Assembly (NCBI GenBank): GCA_964016885.1
Contig: OZ024741.1
Location: 408,952,001 to 409,016,000, forward strand
From: Eledone cirrhosa
Taxonomy: Eukaryota
DNA: 64,000 nt
Reading direction: 5' to 3'
Made by a program: the position numbers and the translations under genes. Positions 1-15,100 of the stretch are shown one piece after another (the first letter of the stretch is position 1; each line of letters begins with the position of its first letter). A model generated the notes under the pieces. The model did no database searches. It was not told the DNA's origin and worked only from the letters and a program-made list of their open reading frames with translations.

Positions 1-3000
1 GTCTGTGTACCTATTTTAAAAGGGAGACTGTGTACCTATTTTAAAAGGAAGACTGTACCTATTTTAAAAGGGAGACTGTTTAATTATTTTAAAAGGGAGA
101 CTGTGTACCTATTTTAAAAGGAAGACTGTACCTATTTTAAAAGGGAGACTCTGTACCTATTTTAAAAGGAAGACTGTACCTATTTTAAAAGGGAGACAGT
201 GTACCTATTTTAAAAGGAAGACTGTGTACCTATTTTAAAAGGAAGACTGTACCTATTTTAAAAGGAAGACTACCTATTTTAAAATAAGACTGTGTACCTA
301 TTTTAAAAGGAAGACTGTGTACCTATTTTAAAAGGAAGACTGTGCCTATTTTAAAAGGGAGACTGTACCTATTTTAAAAGGAAGACTGTGTACCTATTTT
401 AAAAGGAAGACTGTGTACCTATTTAAAAAAAAGACTGTATCTATTTTAAAATGAAGACTGTACCTATTTAAAAAAAAAGATTGTGTACCTATTTTAAAAG
501 GAAGACTGTACCTATTTTAAAAGGAAGCCTGTACCTATTTTAAAAGGGAGACTCTGTACCTATTTTAAAAGGAAGACTGTACCTATGTTAAAAGGGAGAC
601 TGTGTACCTATTTTAAAAGGAAGCATGTACCTTTTTAAAAGGGAGACAGTGTACCTGTTTTAAAAGGAAGACTGTACCTATTTTAAAAGGAAGACTACCT
701 ATTTTAAAATAAGACAGTATTTGAAAAGGAAGACTGTACCTATTTTAAAAGGGAGACTGTACCTATTTTAAAAGGAAGACTGTGTACCTATTTTAAAAGG
801 AAGACTGTACCTATTTTAAAAGGGAGACTGTGTACCTATTTTAAAACAAAGAATGTACCTATTTTAAAAGGAAGACTGTACCTATTTTAAAAGGAAGACT
901 GTACCTATTTTAAAAGGAAGACTGTGTACCTATTTTAAAAGGGAGACTGTACCTATTTTAAAAGGAAGACTGTACCTATTTTAAAAGGAAGACTGTGTAC
1001 CTATTTTAAAAGGGAGACTGTACCTATTTTAAAAGGAAGACTGTACCTATTTTAAAAGGAAGACTGTACCTATTTTAAAAGGAAGATTGTGTACCTATTT
1101 TAAAAGGGAGACTGTACCTATTTTAAAAGGGCGACTATACCTATTTTCAAAGGGAGACTTACCTATTTTAAAAGGGAGACTGTGTACCTATTTTAAAAGG
1201 AAGACTGTACCTATTTTAAAAGGAAGACTGTGTACCTATTTTAAAAGGAAGACTGTACCTATTTTAAAAGGAAGACTGTACCTATTTTAAAAGGAAGACT
1301 GTACCTATTTTAAAAGGAAGATTGTGTACCTATTTTAAAAGGGAGACTGTACCTATTTTAAAAGGAAGACTGTACCTATTTTAAAAGGAAGACTGTACCT
1401 ATTTTAAAAGGAAGATTGTGTACCTATTTTAAAAGGGACACTGTAACTATTTTAAAAAGAAGTCTGTACTTATTTTAAAAGGAAGACTGTACCTATTTTA
1501 AAAGGAAGACAGTGTACCTGTTTTAAAAGGGACACTGTGTACCTATTTTAAAAGGGAGACTGTGAACCTATTTTAAAAGGAAGACTGTGTACCTATTTTA
1601 AAAGGGAGACCGTACCTATTTTAAAAGGAAGACTGTGTACGTATTTTAAAAGGGAGGCTGTACCTATTTAAAAAAGAAGACTGTACCTATTTTAAAAGGA
1701 AAACTCTACATATTTGAAAAGAAAGACTGTGTACCTATTTTAAAAGGGAGACTGCACCTATTTTAAAAGGGAGACTGTACCTATTTTAAAAGGAAGACTT
1801 ACCTATTTTAAAAGGGAGACTGTACCTATTTTAAAAGGAAGACTCTACCTATTTTAAAAGGGAGACTGTGTACCTATTTTAAAAGGAAGACTGTGTAGCT
1901 ATTTTAAAAGGGAGACTGTGTACCTATTTTGAAAGGAAGACTGTGTACCTATTTTAAAAGGGAGACTGTACCTATATTAAAAGGAAGACTGTGTACCTAT
2001 TTTAAAAGGAAGACTGTACCTATTTTAAAAGGACGACTGTACCTATTTTAAAAGGAAGACTGTACCTATTTCAAAAGGAAGACTATGTAACTATTTTAAA
2101 AGGGAGACTGTGTACCTATTTTAAAATGAAGACTGTGTACCTATTTTAAAAGGGAGACTGTACCTATTTTAAAAGGAAGACTGTACCTATTTTAAAAGGA
2201 AGACTCTACATATTTTAAAAGGAAGACTGTACCTATTTTAAAAAGAAGACTGTGTACCTATTTCAAAAGGAAGACTGTGTACCTATTTTAAAAGGGAGAC
2301 TATGTACCTATTTTAAGAGGACGAAGATACCTATTTTAAAAGGAAGACTGTACCTATTTTAAAAGGGAGACTGTACCTATTTTAAAAGGAAGACTCTACC
2401 TATTTTAAAAGGAAGACTGTACCTATTTTAAAAAGAAGACTGTGTACCTATATTAAAAGGGAGACTGTGTACGTATTTTAAAACGATGATTGTGTACCTA
2501 TTTTAAATGGGAGACTGTACCTATTTTAAAAGGAAGACTGTACCTATTTTAAAAGGAAGACTGTACCTATTTTAAAAGGAAGACTGTGTACCTATTTTAA
2601 AAGGGAGACTGTACCTATTTTAAAAGGAAGACTCTACCTATTTTAAAAGGAAGACTGTGTACCTATTTTAAAAGGGAGACTGTATCTATTGTAAAAGGAA
2701 TACTGTACCTATTTTAAAATGAAGACTGTACCTATTTTAAAAGGAAGACTCTACATATTTTAAAAGGAAGACTGTGTACTTATTTCAAAAGGGAGACTGC
2801 ACCTATTTTAAAAGGAAGACTGTGTACGTATTTTAAAAGGGAGACTGTGTACCTATTTTAAAATGAAGATTGTACCTATTTTAAAAGGAAGACTGTGTAC
2901 CTATTTTAAAAGGGAGACTGTACCTATTTTAAAAGGAAGACTGTACCTATTTTAACAGGAAGACTGTACCTATTTTAAAAAGGAAGATTGTGTACCTATT

Positions 3001-6000
3001 TTAAAAGGAAGACTGTACCTATTTTAACAGGAAGACTGTACCTATTTTAAAAAGGAAGATTGTGTACCTATGTTAAAAGGGAGACTGTGTAGCTATTTTA
3101 AAAGGAAGTCTGTGTACCTATTTTAAAAGGGAGACTGTGTACCTATTTTAAAAGGAAGACTGTACCTATTTTAAAAGGGAGACTGTTTAATTATTTTAAA
3201 AGGGAGACTGTGTACCTATTTTAAAAGGAAGACTGTACCTATTTTAAAAGGGAGACTCTGTACCTATTTTAAAAGGAAGACTGTACCTATTTTAAAAGGG
3301 AGACAGTGTACCTATTTTAAAAGGAAGACTGTGTACCTATTTTAAAAGGAAGACTGTACCTATTTTAAAAGGAAGACTACCTATTTTAAAATAAGACTGT
3401 GTACCTATTTTAAAAGGAAGACTGTGTACCTATTTTAAAAGGAAGACTGTGCCTATTTTAAAAGGGAGACTGTACCTATTTTAAAAGGAAGACTGTGTAC
3501 CTATTTTAAAAGGAAGACTGTGTACCTATTTAAAAAAAAGACTGTATCTATTTTAAAATGAAGACTGTACCTATTTAAAAAAAAAGATTGTGTACCTATT
3601 TTAAAAGGAAGACTGTACCTATTTTAAAAGGAAGCCTGTACCTATTTTAAAAGGGAGACTCTGTACCTATTTTAAAAGGAAGACTGTACCTATGTTAAAA
3701 GGGAGACTGTGTACCTATTTTAAAAGGAAGCATGTACCTTTTTAAAAGGGAGACAGTGTACCTGTTTTAAAAGGAAGATTGTACCTATTTTAAAAGGAAG
3801 ACTACCTATTTTAAAATAAGACAGTATTTGAAAAGGAAGACTGTACCTATTTTAAAAGGGAGACTGTACCTATTTTAAAAGGAAGACTGTGTACCTATTT
3901 TAAAAGGAAGACTGTACCTATTTTAAAAGGGAGACTGTGTACCTATTTTAAAACAAAGAATGTACCTATTTTAAAAGGAAGACTGTACCTATTTTAAAAG
4001 GAAGACTGTACCTATTTTAAAAGGAAGACTGTGTACCTATTTTAAAAGGGAGACTGTACCTATTTTAAAAGGAAGACTGTACCTATTTTAAAAGGAAGAC
4101 TGTGTACCTATTTTAAAAGGGAGACTCTACCTATTTTAAAAGGAAGACTGTACCTATTTTAAAAGGAAGACTGTACCTATTTTAAAAGGAAGATTGTGTA
4201 CCTATTTTAAAAGGGAGACTGTACCTATTTTAAAAGGGCGACTATACCTATTTTCAAAGGGAGACTTACCTATTTTAAAAGGGAGACTGTGTACCTATTT
4301 TAAAAGGAAGACTGTACCTATTTTAAAAGGAAGACTGTGTACCTATTTTAAAAGGAAGACTGTACCTATTTTAAAAGGAAGACTGTACCTATTTTAAAAG
4401 GAAGACTGTACCTATTTTAAAAGGAAGATTGTGTACCTATTTTAAAAGGGAGACTGTACCTATTTTAAAAGGAAGACTGTACCTATTTTAAAAGGAAGAC
4501 TGTACCTATTTTAAAAGGAAGATTGTGTACCTATTTTAAAAGGGACACTGTAACTATTTTAAAAAGAAGTCTGTACTTATTTTAAAAGGAAGACTGTACC
4601 TATTTTAAAAGGAAGACAGTGTACCTGTTTTAAAAGGGACACTGTGTACCTATTTTAAAAGGGAGACTGTGAACCTATTTTAAAAGGAAGACTGTGTACC
4701 TATTTTAAAAGGGAGACCGTACCTATTTTAAAAGGAAGACTGTGTACGTATTTTAAAAGGGAGGCTGTACCTATTTAAAAAAGAAGACTGTACCTATTTT
4801 AAAAGGAAAACTCTACATATTTGAAAAGAAAGACTGTGTACCTATTTTAAAAGGGAGACTGCACCTATTTTAAAAGGGAGACTGTACCTATTTTAAAAGG
4901 AAGACTTACCTATTTTAAAAGGGAGACTGTACCTATTTTAAAAGGAAGACTCTACCTATTTTAAAAGGGAGACTGTGTACCTATTTTAAAAGGAAGACTG
5001 TGTAGCTATTTTAAAAGGGAGACTGTGTACCTATTTTGAAAGGAAGACTGTGTACCTATTTTAAAAGGGAGACTGTACCTATATTAAAAGGAAGACTGTG
5101 TACCTATTTTAAAAGGAAGACTGTACCTATTTTAAAAGGACGACTGTACCTATTTTAAAAGGAAGACTGTACCTATTTCAAAAGGAAGACTATGTAACTA
5201 TTTTAAAAGGGAGACTGTGTACCTATTTTAAAATGAAGACTGTGTACCTATTTTAAAAGGGAGACTGTACCTATTTTAAAAGGAAGACTGTACCTATTTT
5301 AAAAGGAAGACTCTACATATTTTAAAAGGAAGACTGTACCTATTTTAAAAAGAAGACTGTGTACCTATTTCAAAAGGAAGACTGTGTACCTATTTTAAAA
5401 GGGAGACTATGTACCTATTTTAAGAGGACGAAGATACCTATTTTAAAAGGAAGACTGTACCTATTTTAAAAGGGAGACTGTACCTATTTTAAAAGGAAGA
5501 CTCTACCTATTTTAAAAGGAAGACTGTACCTATTTTAAAAAGAAGACTGTGTACCTATATTAAAAGGGAGACTGTGTACGTATTTTAAAACGATGATTGT
5601 GTACCTATTTTAAATGGGAGACTGTACCTATTTTAAAAGGAAGACTGTACCTATTTTAAAAGGAAGACTGTACCTATTTTAAAAGGAAGACTGTGTACCT
5701 ATTTTAAAAGGGAGACTGTACCTATTTTAAAAGGAAGACTCTACCTATTTTAAAAGGAAGACTGTGTACCTATTTTAAAAGGGAGACTGTATCTATTGTA
5801 AAAGGAATACTGTACCTATTTTAAAATGAAGACTGTACCTATTTTAAAAGGAAGACTCTACATATTTTAAAAGGAAGACTGTGTACTTATTTCAAAAGGG
5901 AGACTGCACCTATTTTAAAAGGAAGACTGTGTACGTATTTTAAAAGGGAGACTGTGTACCTATTTTAAAATGAAGATTGTACCTATTTTAAAAGGAAGAC

Positions 6001-9000
6001 TGTGTACCTATTTTAAAAGGGAGACTGTACCTATTTTAAAAGGAAGACTGTACCTATTTTAACAGGAAGACTGTACCTATTTTAAAAAGGAAGATTGTGT
6101 ACCTATTTTAAAAGGGAGACTGTACCTATTTTAAAAGGGCGACTATACCTATTTTCAAAGGGAGACTTACCTATTTTAAAAGGGAGACTGTGTACCTATT
6201 TTAAAAGGAATACTGTACCTATTTTAAAAGGAAGACTGTGTACCTATTTTAAAAGGAAGACTGTGCCTATTTTAAAAGGGAGACTGTACCTATTTTAAAA
6301 GGAAGACTGTGTACCTATTTTAAAAGGAAGACTGTGTACCTATTTAAAAAAAAGACTGTATCTATTTTAAAATGAAGACTGTACCTATTTAAAAAAAAAG
6401 ATTGTGTACCTATTTTAAAAGGAAGACTGTACCTATTTTAAAAGGAAGCCTGTACCTATTTTAAAAGGGAGACTCTGTACCTATTTTAAAAGGAAGACTG
6501 TACCTATGTTAAAAGGGAGACTGTGTACCTATTTTAAAAGGAAGCATGTACCTTTTTAAAAGGGAGACAGTGTACCTGTTTTAAAAGGAAGACTGTACCT
6601 ATTTTAAAAGGAAGACTACCTATTTTAAAATAAGACAGTATTTGAAAAGGAAGACTGTACCTATTTTAAAAGGGAGACTGTACCTATTTTAAAAGGAAGA
6701 CTGTGTACCTATTTTAAAAGGAAGACTGTACCTATTTTAAAAGGGAGACTGTGTACCTATTTTAAAACAAAGAATGTACCTATTTTAAAAGGAAGACTGT
6801 ACCTATTTTAAAAGGAAGACTGTACCTATTTTAAAAGGAAGACTGTGTACCTATTTTAAAAGGGAGACTGTACCTATTTTAAAAGGAAGACTGTACCTAT
6901 TTTAAAAGGAAGACTGTGTACCTATTTTAAAAGGGAGACTGTACCTATTTTAAAAGGAAGACTGTACCTATTTTAAAAGGAAGACTGTACCTATTTTAAA
7001 AGGAAGATTGTGTACCTATTTTAAAAGGGAGACTGTACCTATTTTAAAAATGCGACTATACCTATTTTCAAAGGGAGACTTACCTATTTTAAAAGGGAGA
7101 CTGTGTACCTATTTTAAAAGGAAGACTGTACCTATTTTAAAAGGAAGACTGTGTACCTATTTTAAAAGGAAGACTGTACCTATTTTAAAAGGAAGACTGT
7201 ACCTATTTTAAAAGGAAGACTGTACCTATTTTAAAAGGAAGATTGTGTACCTATTTTAAAAGGGAGACTGTACCTATTTTAAAAGGAAGACTGTACCTAT
7301 TTTAAAAGGAAAACTGTACCTATTTTAAAAGGAAGATTGTGTACCTATTTTAAAAGGGACACTGTAACTATTTTAAAAAGAAGTCTGTACTTATTTTAAA
7401 AGGAAGACTGTACCTATTTTAAAAGGAAGACAGTGTACCTGTTTTAAAAGGGACACTGTGTACCTATTTTAAAAGGGAGACTGTGAACCTATTTTAAAAG
7501 GAAGACTGTGTACCTATTTTAAAAGGGAGACCGTACCTATTTTAAAAGGAAGACTGTGTACGTATTTTAAAAGGGAGGCTGTACCTATTTAAAAAAGAAG
7601 ACTGTACCTATTTTAAAAGGAAAACTCTACATATTTGAAAAGAAAGACTGTGTACCTATTTTAAAAGGGAGACTGCACCTATTTTAAAAGGGAGACTGTA
7701 CCTATTTTAAAAGGAAGACTTACCTATTTTAAAAGGGAGACTGTACCTATTTTAAAAGGAAGACTCTACCTATTTTAAAAGGGAGACTGTGTACCTATTT
7801 TAAAAGGAAGACTGTGTAGCTATTTTAAAAGGGAGACTGTGTACCTATTTTGAAAGGAAGACTGTGTACCTATTTTAAAAGGGAGACTGTACCTATATTA
7901 AAAGGAAGACTGTGTACCTATTTTAAAAGGAAGACTGTACCTATTTTAAAAGGACGACTGTACCTATTTTAAAAGGAAGACTGTACCTATTTCAAAAGGA
8001 AGACTATGTAACTATTTTAAAAGGGAGACTGTGTACCTATTTTAAAATGAAGACTGTGTACCTATTTTAAAAGGGAGACTGTACCTATTTTAAAAGGAAG
8101 ACTGTACCTATTTTAAAAGGAAGACTCTACATATTTTAAAAGGAAGACTGTACCTATTTTAAAAAGAAGACTGTGTACCTATTTCAAAAGGAAGACTGTG
8201 TACCTATTTTAAAAGGGAGACTATGTACCTATTTTAAGAGGACGAAGATACCTATTTTAAAAGGAAGACTGTACCTATTTTAAAAGGGAGACTGTACCTA
8301 TTTTAAAAGGAAGACTCTACCTATTTTAAAAGGAAGACTGTACCTATTTTAAAAAGAAGACTGTGTACCTATATTAAAAGGGAGACTGTGTACGTATTTT
8401 AAAACGATGATTGTGTACCTATTTTAAATGGGAGACTGTACCTATTTTAAAAGGAAGACTGTACCTATTTTAAAAGGAAGACTGTACCTATTTTAAAAGG
8501 AAGACTGTGTACCTATTTTAAAAGGGAGACTGTACCTATTTTAAAAGGAAGACTCTACCTATTTTAAAAGGAAGACTGTGTACCTATTTTAAAAGGGAGA
8601 CTGTATCTATTGTAAAAGGAATACTGTACCTATTTTAAAATGAAGACTGTACCTATTTTAAAAGGAAGACTCTACATATTTTAAAAGGAAGACTGTGTAC
8701 TTATTTCAAAAGGGAGACTGCACCTATTTTAAAAGGAAGACTGTGTACGTATTTTAAAAGGGAGACTGTGTACCTATTTTAAAATGAAGATTGTACCTAT
8801 TTTAAAAGGAAGACTGTGTACCTATTTTAAAAGGGAGACTGTACCTATTTTAAAAGGAAGACTGTACCTATTTTAACAGGAAGACTGTACCTATTTTAAA
8901 AAGGAAGATTGTGTACCTATTTTAAAAGGGAGACTGTACCTATTTTAAAAGGGCGACTATACCTATTTTCAAAGGGAGACTTACCTATTTTAAAAGGGAG

Positions 9001-9100
9001 ACTGTGTACCTATTTTAAAAGGAATACTGTACCTATTTTAAAAGGAAGACTGTGTACCTATTTTAAAAGGAAGACTGTACCTATTTTAAAAGGAAGACTG
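1..9100 (+). repeat. HOR domain I: three near-identical copies offset by 3107 bp and then 2814 bp
   Basis: GACTGTTTAATT at 74 and 3181 (3107 apart). The 18-bp monomer AAAATAAGACAGTATTTG lies at 706, 3813 and 6627. The GCC of GTGCCTAT lies at 344, 3451 and 6265. ORF-track landmarks at 1087/4194/7008 and 6095/8909 give the same offsets. Confidence 0.92.
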
Positions 9101-12100
9101 TACCTATTTTAAAAGGAAGACTGTACCTATTTTAAAAGGAAGACTGTGTACCTATTTTAAAAGGGAGACTGCACCTATTTTAAAAGGGAGACTGTACCTA
9201 TTTTAATAGGAAGACGGTACCTTTTTTAAAAGGGAGACTGTACCTATTTTAAAAGGAAGACTCTACCTATTTTAAAAGGAAGACTGTACCTATTTTAAAA
9301 GGAAAACTGTGTACCTTTATTAAAAGGGAGACTGTGTACGTATTTTAAAAGGAAGACTGTTTACCTATTTTAAAAGGGAGACTGCACCTATTTTAAAAGG
9401 GAGACTGTACCTATTTTAAAAGGAAGACTGTGTACCTATTTTAAAAGGGAAACTGTACCTATTTTAAAAGGAAGACTCTACCTATTTTAAAAGGAAGACT
9501 GTGTACCTATTTTAAAAGGGAGACTGTACCTATTGTAAAAGTAAGACTGTACCTATTTTAAAAGGAAGACTGTGTACCTATTTTAAAAGGAAGACTGTAC
9601 CTATTTTAAAAGGGAGACTGTCTACCTATTTTAAAAGGGACACTGTACCTATTTCAAAAGGAAGACTGTACCTATTTTAAAAGGAAGACTGCACCTATTT
9701 TGAAAGGGAGACTGTGTACCTATTTTAAAAGGGAGACTGTCTGCCTATTTTAAAGGGGAGACTGTGTACCTATTTTAAAAGGGAGACTGTACCTATTTTA
9801 AAAGGAAGACTGTACCTATTTTAAAAGGAAGACTGCGTACCTATTTTAAAAGGGAGACTGTGTACCTATGTTAAAAGGAAGACTGTGTAGCTATTTTAAA
9901 AGGGAGACTGTGTACCTATTTTAAAAGGAAGACTGTGTACCTATTTTAAAAGGGAGACTGTACCTATATTAAAAGGAAGACTGTGTACCTATTTTAAAAG
10001 GAAGACTGTACCTATTTTAAAAGGACGACTGTACCTATTTTAAAAGGAAGACTGTACCTATTTTAAAAGGCAGACTGTGTACCTATTTTAAAAGGCAGAC
10101 TGTGTACCTATTTTAAAATGAAGACTGTACCTATTTTAAAAGGAAGACTGTGTACCTATTTTAAAAAAGAGACTGTACCTATTTTAAAAGGAAGACTGTA
10201 CCTATTTTAAAAGGAAGACTGCACCTATTTTGAAAGGGAGACTGTGTACCTATTTTAAAAGGGAGACTGTCTACCTATTTTAAAGGGGAGACTGTGTACC
10301 TATTTTAAAAGGGATACTGTACCTATTTTAAAAGGAAGACTGTACCTATTTTAAAAGGAAGACTGTGTACCTATTTTAAAAGGGAGACTGTGTACCTATT
10401 TTAAAAGGAAGACTGTGTACCTATTTTAAAAGGGAGACTGTGTACCTATTTGTAAAAGGAAGACTGTGTACCTATTTTAAAAGGGAGACTGTACCTATTT
10501 TAAAAGGAAGACTGTACCTATTTTAAAAGGAAGACGGTACCTATTTTAAAAGGGAGACAGTACCTATTTTAAAAGGAAGATTCTACCTATTTTAAAAGGA
10601 AGACTGTACCTATTTTAAAAGGAAGAGTGTGTACCTTTATTAAAAGGGAGACTGTGTACGTATTTTAAAAGGAAGACTGTGTACCTATTTTAAAAGGGAG
10701 ACTGCACCTATTTTAAAAGGGAGACTTACCTATTTTAAAAGGAAGACTGTGTACCTATTTTAAAAGGGAAACTGTACCTATTTTAAAAGTAAGATTCTAC
10801 CTATTTTAAAAGGAAGACTGTGTACCTATTTTAAAAGGGAGACTGTACCTATTGTAAAAGGAAGACTGTACCTATTTTAAAAGGAAGACTGTGTACCTAT
10901 TTTAAAAGGAAGACTGTACCTATTTTAAAAGGGAGACTGTAATTATTTTAAAAGGAAGACTGTACCTATTTTAAAAGGAAGACTGCACCTATTTTGAAAG
11001 GGAGACTGTGTACCTATTTTAAAAGGGAGACTGTCTACCTATTTTAAAGGGGAGACTGTGTACCTATTTTAAAAGGGAGACTGTACCTATTTTAAAAGGA
11101 AGACTGTACCTATTTTAAAAGGAAGACTGTGTACCTATTTTAAAAGGGAGACTGTGTACCTATTTTAAAAGGAAGACTGTGTAGCTATTTTAAAAGGGAG
11201 ACTGTGTACCTATTTTAAAAGGAAGACTGTGTACCTATTTTAAAAGGGAGACTGTACCTATACTAAATGGAAGACTGTGTACCTATTTTAAAAGGAAGAC
11301 TGTACCTATTTTAAAAGGACGACTGTACCTATTTTAAAAGGAAGACTGTGTACCTATTTTAAAAGGGAGACTGTGTACCTATTTTAAAATGAAGACTGTA
11401 CCTATTTTAAAAGGAAGACTGTGTACCTATTTTAAAAGGGAGACTGTACCTATTTTAAAAGGAAGACTGTACCTATTTTAAAAGGAATACTGCACCTATT
11501 TTGAAAGGGAGACTGTGTACCTATTTTAAAAGGGAGACTGTCTACCTATTTTAAAGGGGAGACTGTGTACCTATTTTAAAAGGGATACTGCGTACCTATT
11601 TTAAAAGGAAGACTGTGTACCTATTTTAAAAGAGAGACTGTGTACCTATTTTAAAAGGAAGACTGTGTACCTATTTTAAAAGTGAGACTGTACCTATATT
11701 AAAAGGAAGACTGTGTACCTATTTTAAAAGGAAGACTGTACCTATTTTAAAAGGACGACTGTACCTATTTTAAAAGGAAGACTGTACCTATTTTAAAAGG
11801 AAGACTGTGTACGTATTATAAAAGGGAGACTGTGTACCTATTTTAAAATGAAGATTGTACCTATTTTAAAAGGAAGACTGTGTACCTATTTTAAAAGGGA
11901 GACTGTACCTATTTTAAAAGGAAGACTGTACCTATTTTAACAGGAAGACTGTACCTATTTTAAAAGGAAGATTGTGTACCTATTTTAAAAGGGAGACTGT
12001 ACCTATTTTAAAAGGGAGACTATACCTATTTTCAAAGGAAGACTGTGTACGTATTTTAAAAGGGAGACTGTGTACCTATTTTAAAAGGAATACTGTACCT

Positions 12101-15100
12101 ATTTTAAAAGGAAGACTGTGTACCTATTTTAAAAGGAAGACTGTACCTATTTTAAAAGGAAGACTGTACCTATTTTAAAAGGAAGACTGTACCTATTTTA
12201 AAAGGAAGACTGTGTACCTATTTTAAAAGGGAGACTGCACCTATTTTAAAAGGGAGACTGTACCTATTTTAATAGGAAGACGGTACCTATTTTAAAAGGG
12301 AGACTGTACCTATTTTAAAAGGAAGACTCTACCTATTTTAAAAGGAAGACTGTACCTATTTTAAAAGGAAGACTGTGTACCTTTATTAAAAGGGAGACTG
12401 TGTACGTATTTTAAAAGGAAGACTGTGTACCTATTTTAAAAGGGAGACTGCACCTATTTTAAAAGGGAGACTGTACCTATTTTAAAAGGAAGACTGTGTA
12501 CCTATTTTGAAAGGGAAACTGTACCTATTTTAAAAGGAAGACTCTACCTATTTTAAAAGGAAGACTGTGTACCTATTTTAAAAGGGAGACTGTACCTATT
12601 GTAAAAGTAAGACTGTACCTATTTTAAAAGGAAGACTGTGTACCTATTTTAAAAGGAAGACTGTACCTATTTTAAAAGGGAGACTGTCTACCTATTTTAA
12701 AAGGGACACTGTACCTATTTCAAAAGGAAGACTGTACCTATTTTAAAAGGAAGACTGCACCTATTTTGAAAGGGAGACTGTGTACCTATTTTAAAAGGGA
12801 GACTGTCTGCCTATTTTAAAGGGGAGACTGTGTACCTATTTTAAAAGGGAGACTGTACCTATTTTAAAAGGAAGACTGTACCTATTTTAAAAGGAAGACT
12901 GTGTACCTATTTTAAAAGGGAGACTGTGTACCTATTTTAAAAGGAAGACTGTGTACCTATTTTAAAAGGGAGACTGTGTACCTATTTGTAAAAGGAAGAC
13001 TGTGTACCTATTTTAAAAGGGAGACTGTACCTATTTTAAAAGGAAGACTCTACCTATTTTAAAAGGAAGACTGTACCTATTTTAAAAGGAAGACGGTACC
13101 TATTTTAAAAGGGAGACAGTACCTATTTTAAAAGGAAGACTGTACCTATTTTAAAAGGAAGACTGTACCTATTTTAAAAGGAAGAGTGTGTACCTTTATT
13201 AAAAGGGAGACTGTGTACGTATTTTAAAAGGAAGACTGTGTACCTATTTTAAAAGGGAGACTGCACCTATTTTAAAAGGGAGACTTACCTATTTTAAAAG
13301 GAAGACTGTGTACCTATTTTAAAAGGGAAACTGTACCTATTTTAAAAGTAAGATTCTACCTATTTTAAAAGGAAGACTGTGTACCTATTTTAAAAGGGAG
13401 ACTGTACCTATTGTAAAAGGAAGACTGTACCTATTTTAAAAGGAAGACTGTGTACCTATTTTAAAAGGAAGACTGTACCTATTTTAAAAGGGAGACTGTC
13501 TACCTATTTTAAAAGGGACACTGTAATTATTTTAAAAGGAAGACTGTACCTATTTTAAAAGGAAGACTGCACCTATTTTGAAAGGGAGACTGTGTACCTA
13601 TTTTAAAAGGGAGACTGTCTACCTATTTTAAAGGGGAGACTGTGTACCTATTTTAAAAGGGAGACTGTACCTATTTTAAAAGGAAGACTGTACCTATTTT
13701 AAAAGGAAGACTGTGTACCTATTTTAAAAGGGAGACTGTGTACCTATTTTAAAAGGAAGACTGTGTAGCTATTTTAAAAGGGAGACTGTGTACCTATTTT
13801 AAAAGGAAGACTGTGTACCTATTTTAAAAGGGAGACTGTACCTATACTAAATGGAAGACTGTGTACCTATTTTAAAAGGAAGACTGTACCTATTTTAAAA
13901 GGACGACTGTACCTATTTTAAAAGGAAGACTGTGTACCTATTTTAAAAGGGAGACTGTGTACCTATTTTAAAATGAAGACTGTACCTATTTTAAAAGGAA
14001 GACTGTGTACCTATTTTAAAAGGGAGACTGTACCTATTTTAAAAGGAAGACTGTACCTATTTTAAAAGGAATACTGCACCTATTTTGAAAGGGAGACTGT
14101 GTACCTATTTTAAAAGGGAGACTGTCTACCTATTTTAAAGGGGAGACTGTGTACCTATTTTAAAAGGGATACTGCGTACCTATTTTAAAAGGAAGACTGT
14201 GTACCTATTTTAAAAGAGAGACTGTGTACCTATTTTAAAAGGAAGACTGTGTACCTATTTTAAAAGTGAGACTGTACCTATATTAAAAGGAAGACTGTGT
14301 ACCTATTTTAAAAGGAAGACTGTACCTATTTTAAAAGGACGACTGTACCTATTTTAAAAGGAAGACTGTACCTATTTTAAAAGGAAGACTGTGTACGTAT
14401 TATAAAAGGGAGACTGTGTACCTATTTTAAAATGAAGATTGTACCTATTTTAAAAGGAAGACTGTGTACCTATTTTAAAAGGGAGACTGTACCTATTTTA
14501 AAAGGAAGACTGTACCTATTTTAACAGGAAGACTGTACCTATTTTAAAAGGAAGATTGTGTACCTATTTTAAAAGGGAGACTGTACCTATTTTAAAAGGG
14601 AGACTATACCTATTTTCAAAGGGAGACTTACCTATTTTAAAAGGGAGACTGTGTACCTATTTTAAAAGGAATACTGTACCTATTTTAAAAGGAAGACTGT
14701 GTACCTATTTTAAAAGGAAGACTGTACCTATTTTAAAAGGAAGACTGTACCTATTTTAAAAGGAAGACTGTACCTATTTTAAAAGGAAGACTGTGTACCT
14801 ATTTTAAAAGGGAGACTGCACCTATTTTAAAAGGGAGACTGTACCTATTTTAATAGGAAGACGGTACCTATTTTAAAAGGGAGACTGTACCTATTTTAAA
14901 AGGAAGACTCTACCTATTTTAAAAGGAAGACTGTACCTATTTTAAAAGGAAGACTGTGTACCTTTATTAAAAGGGAGACTGTGTACGTATTTTAAAAGGA
15001 AGACTGTGTACCTATTTTAAAAGGGAGACTGCACCTATTTTAAAAGGGAGACTGTACCTATTTTAAAAGGAAGACTGTGTACCTATTTTGAAAGGGAAAC

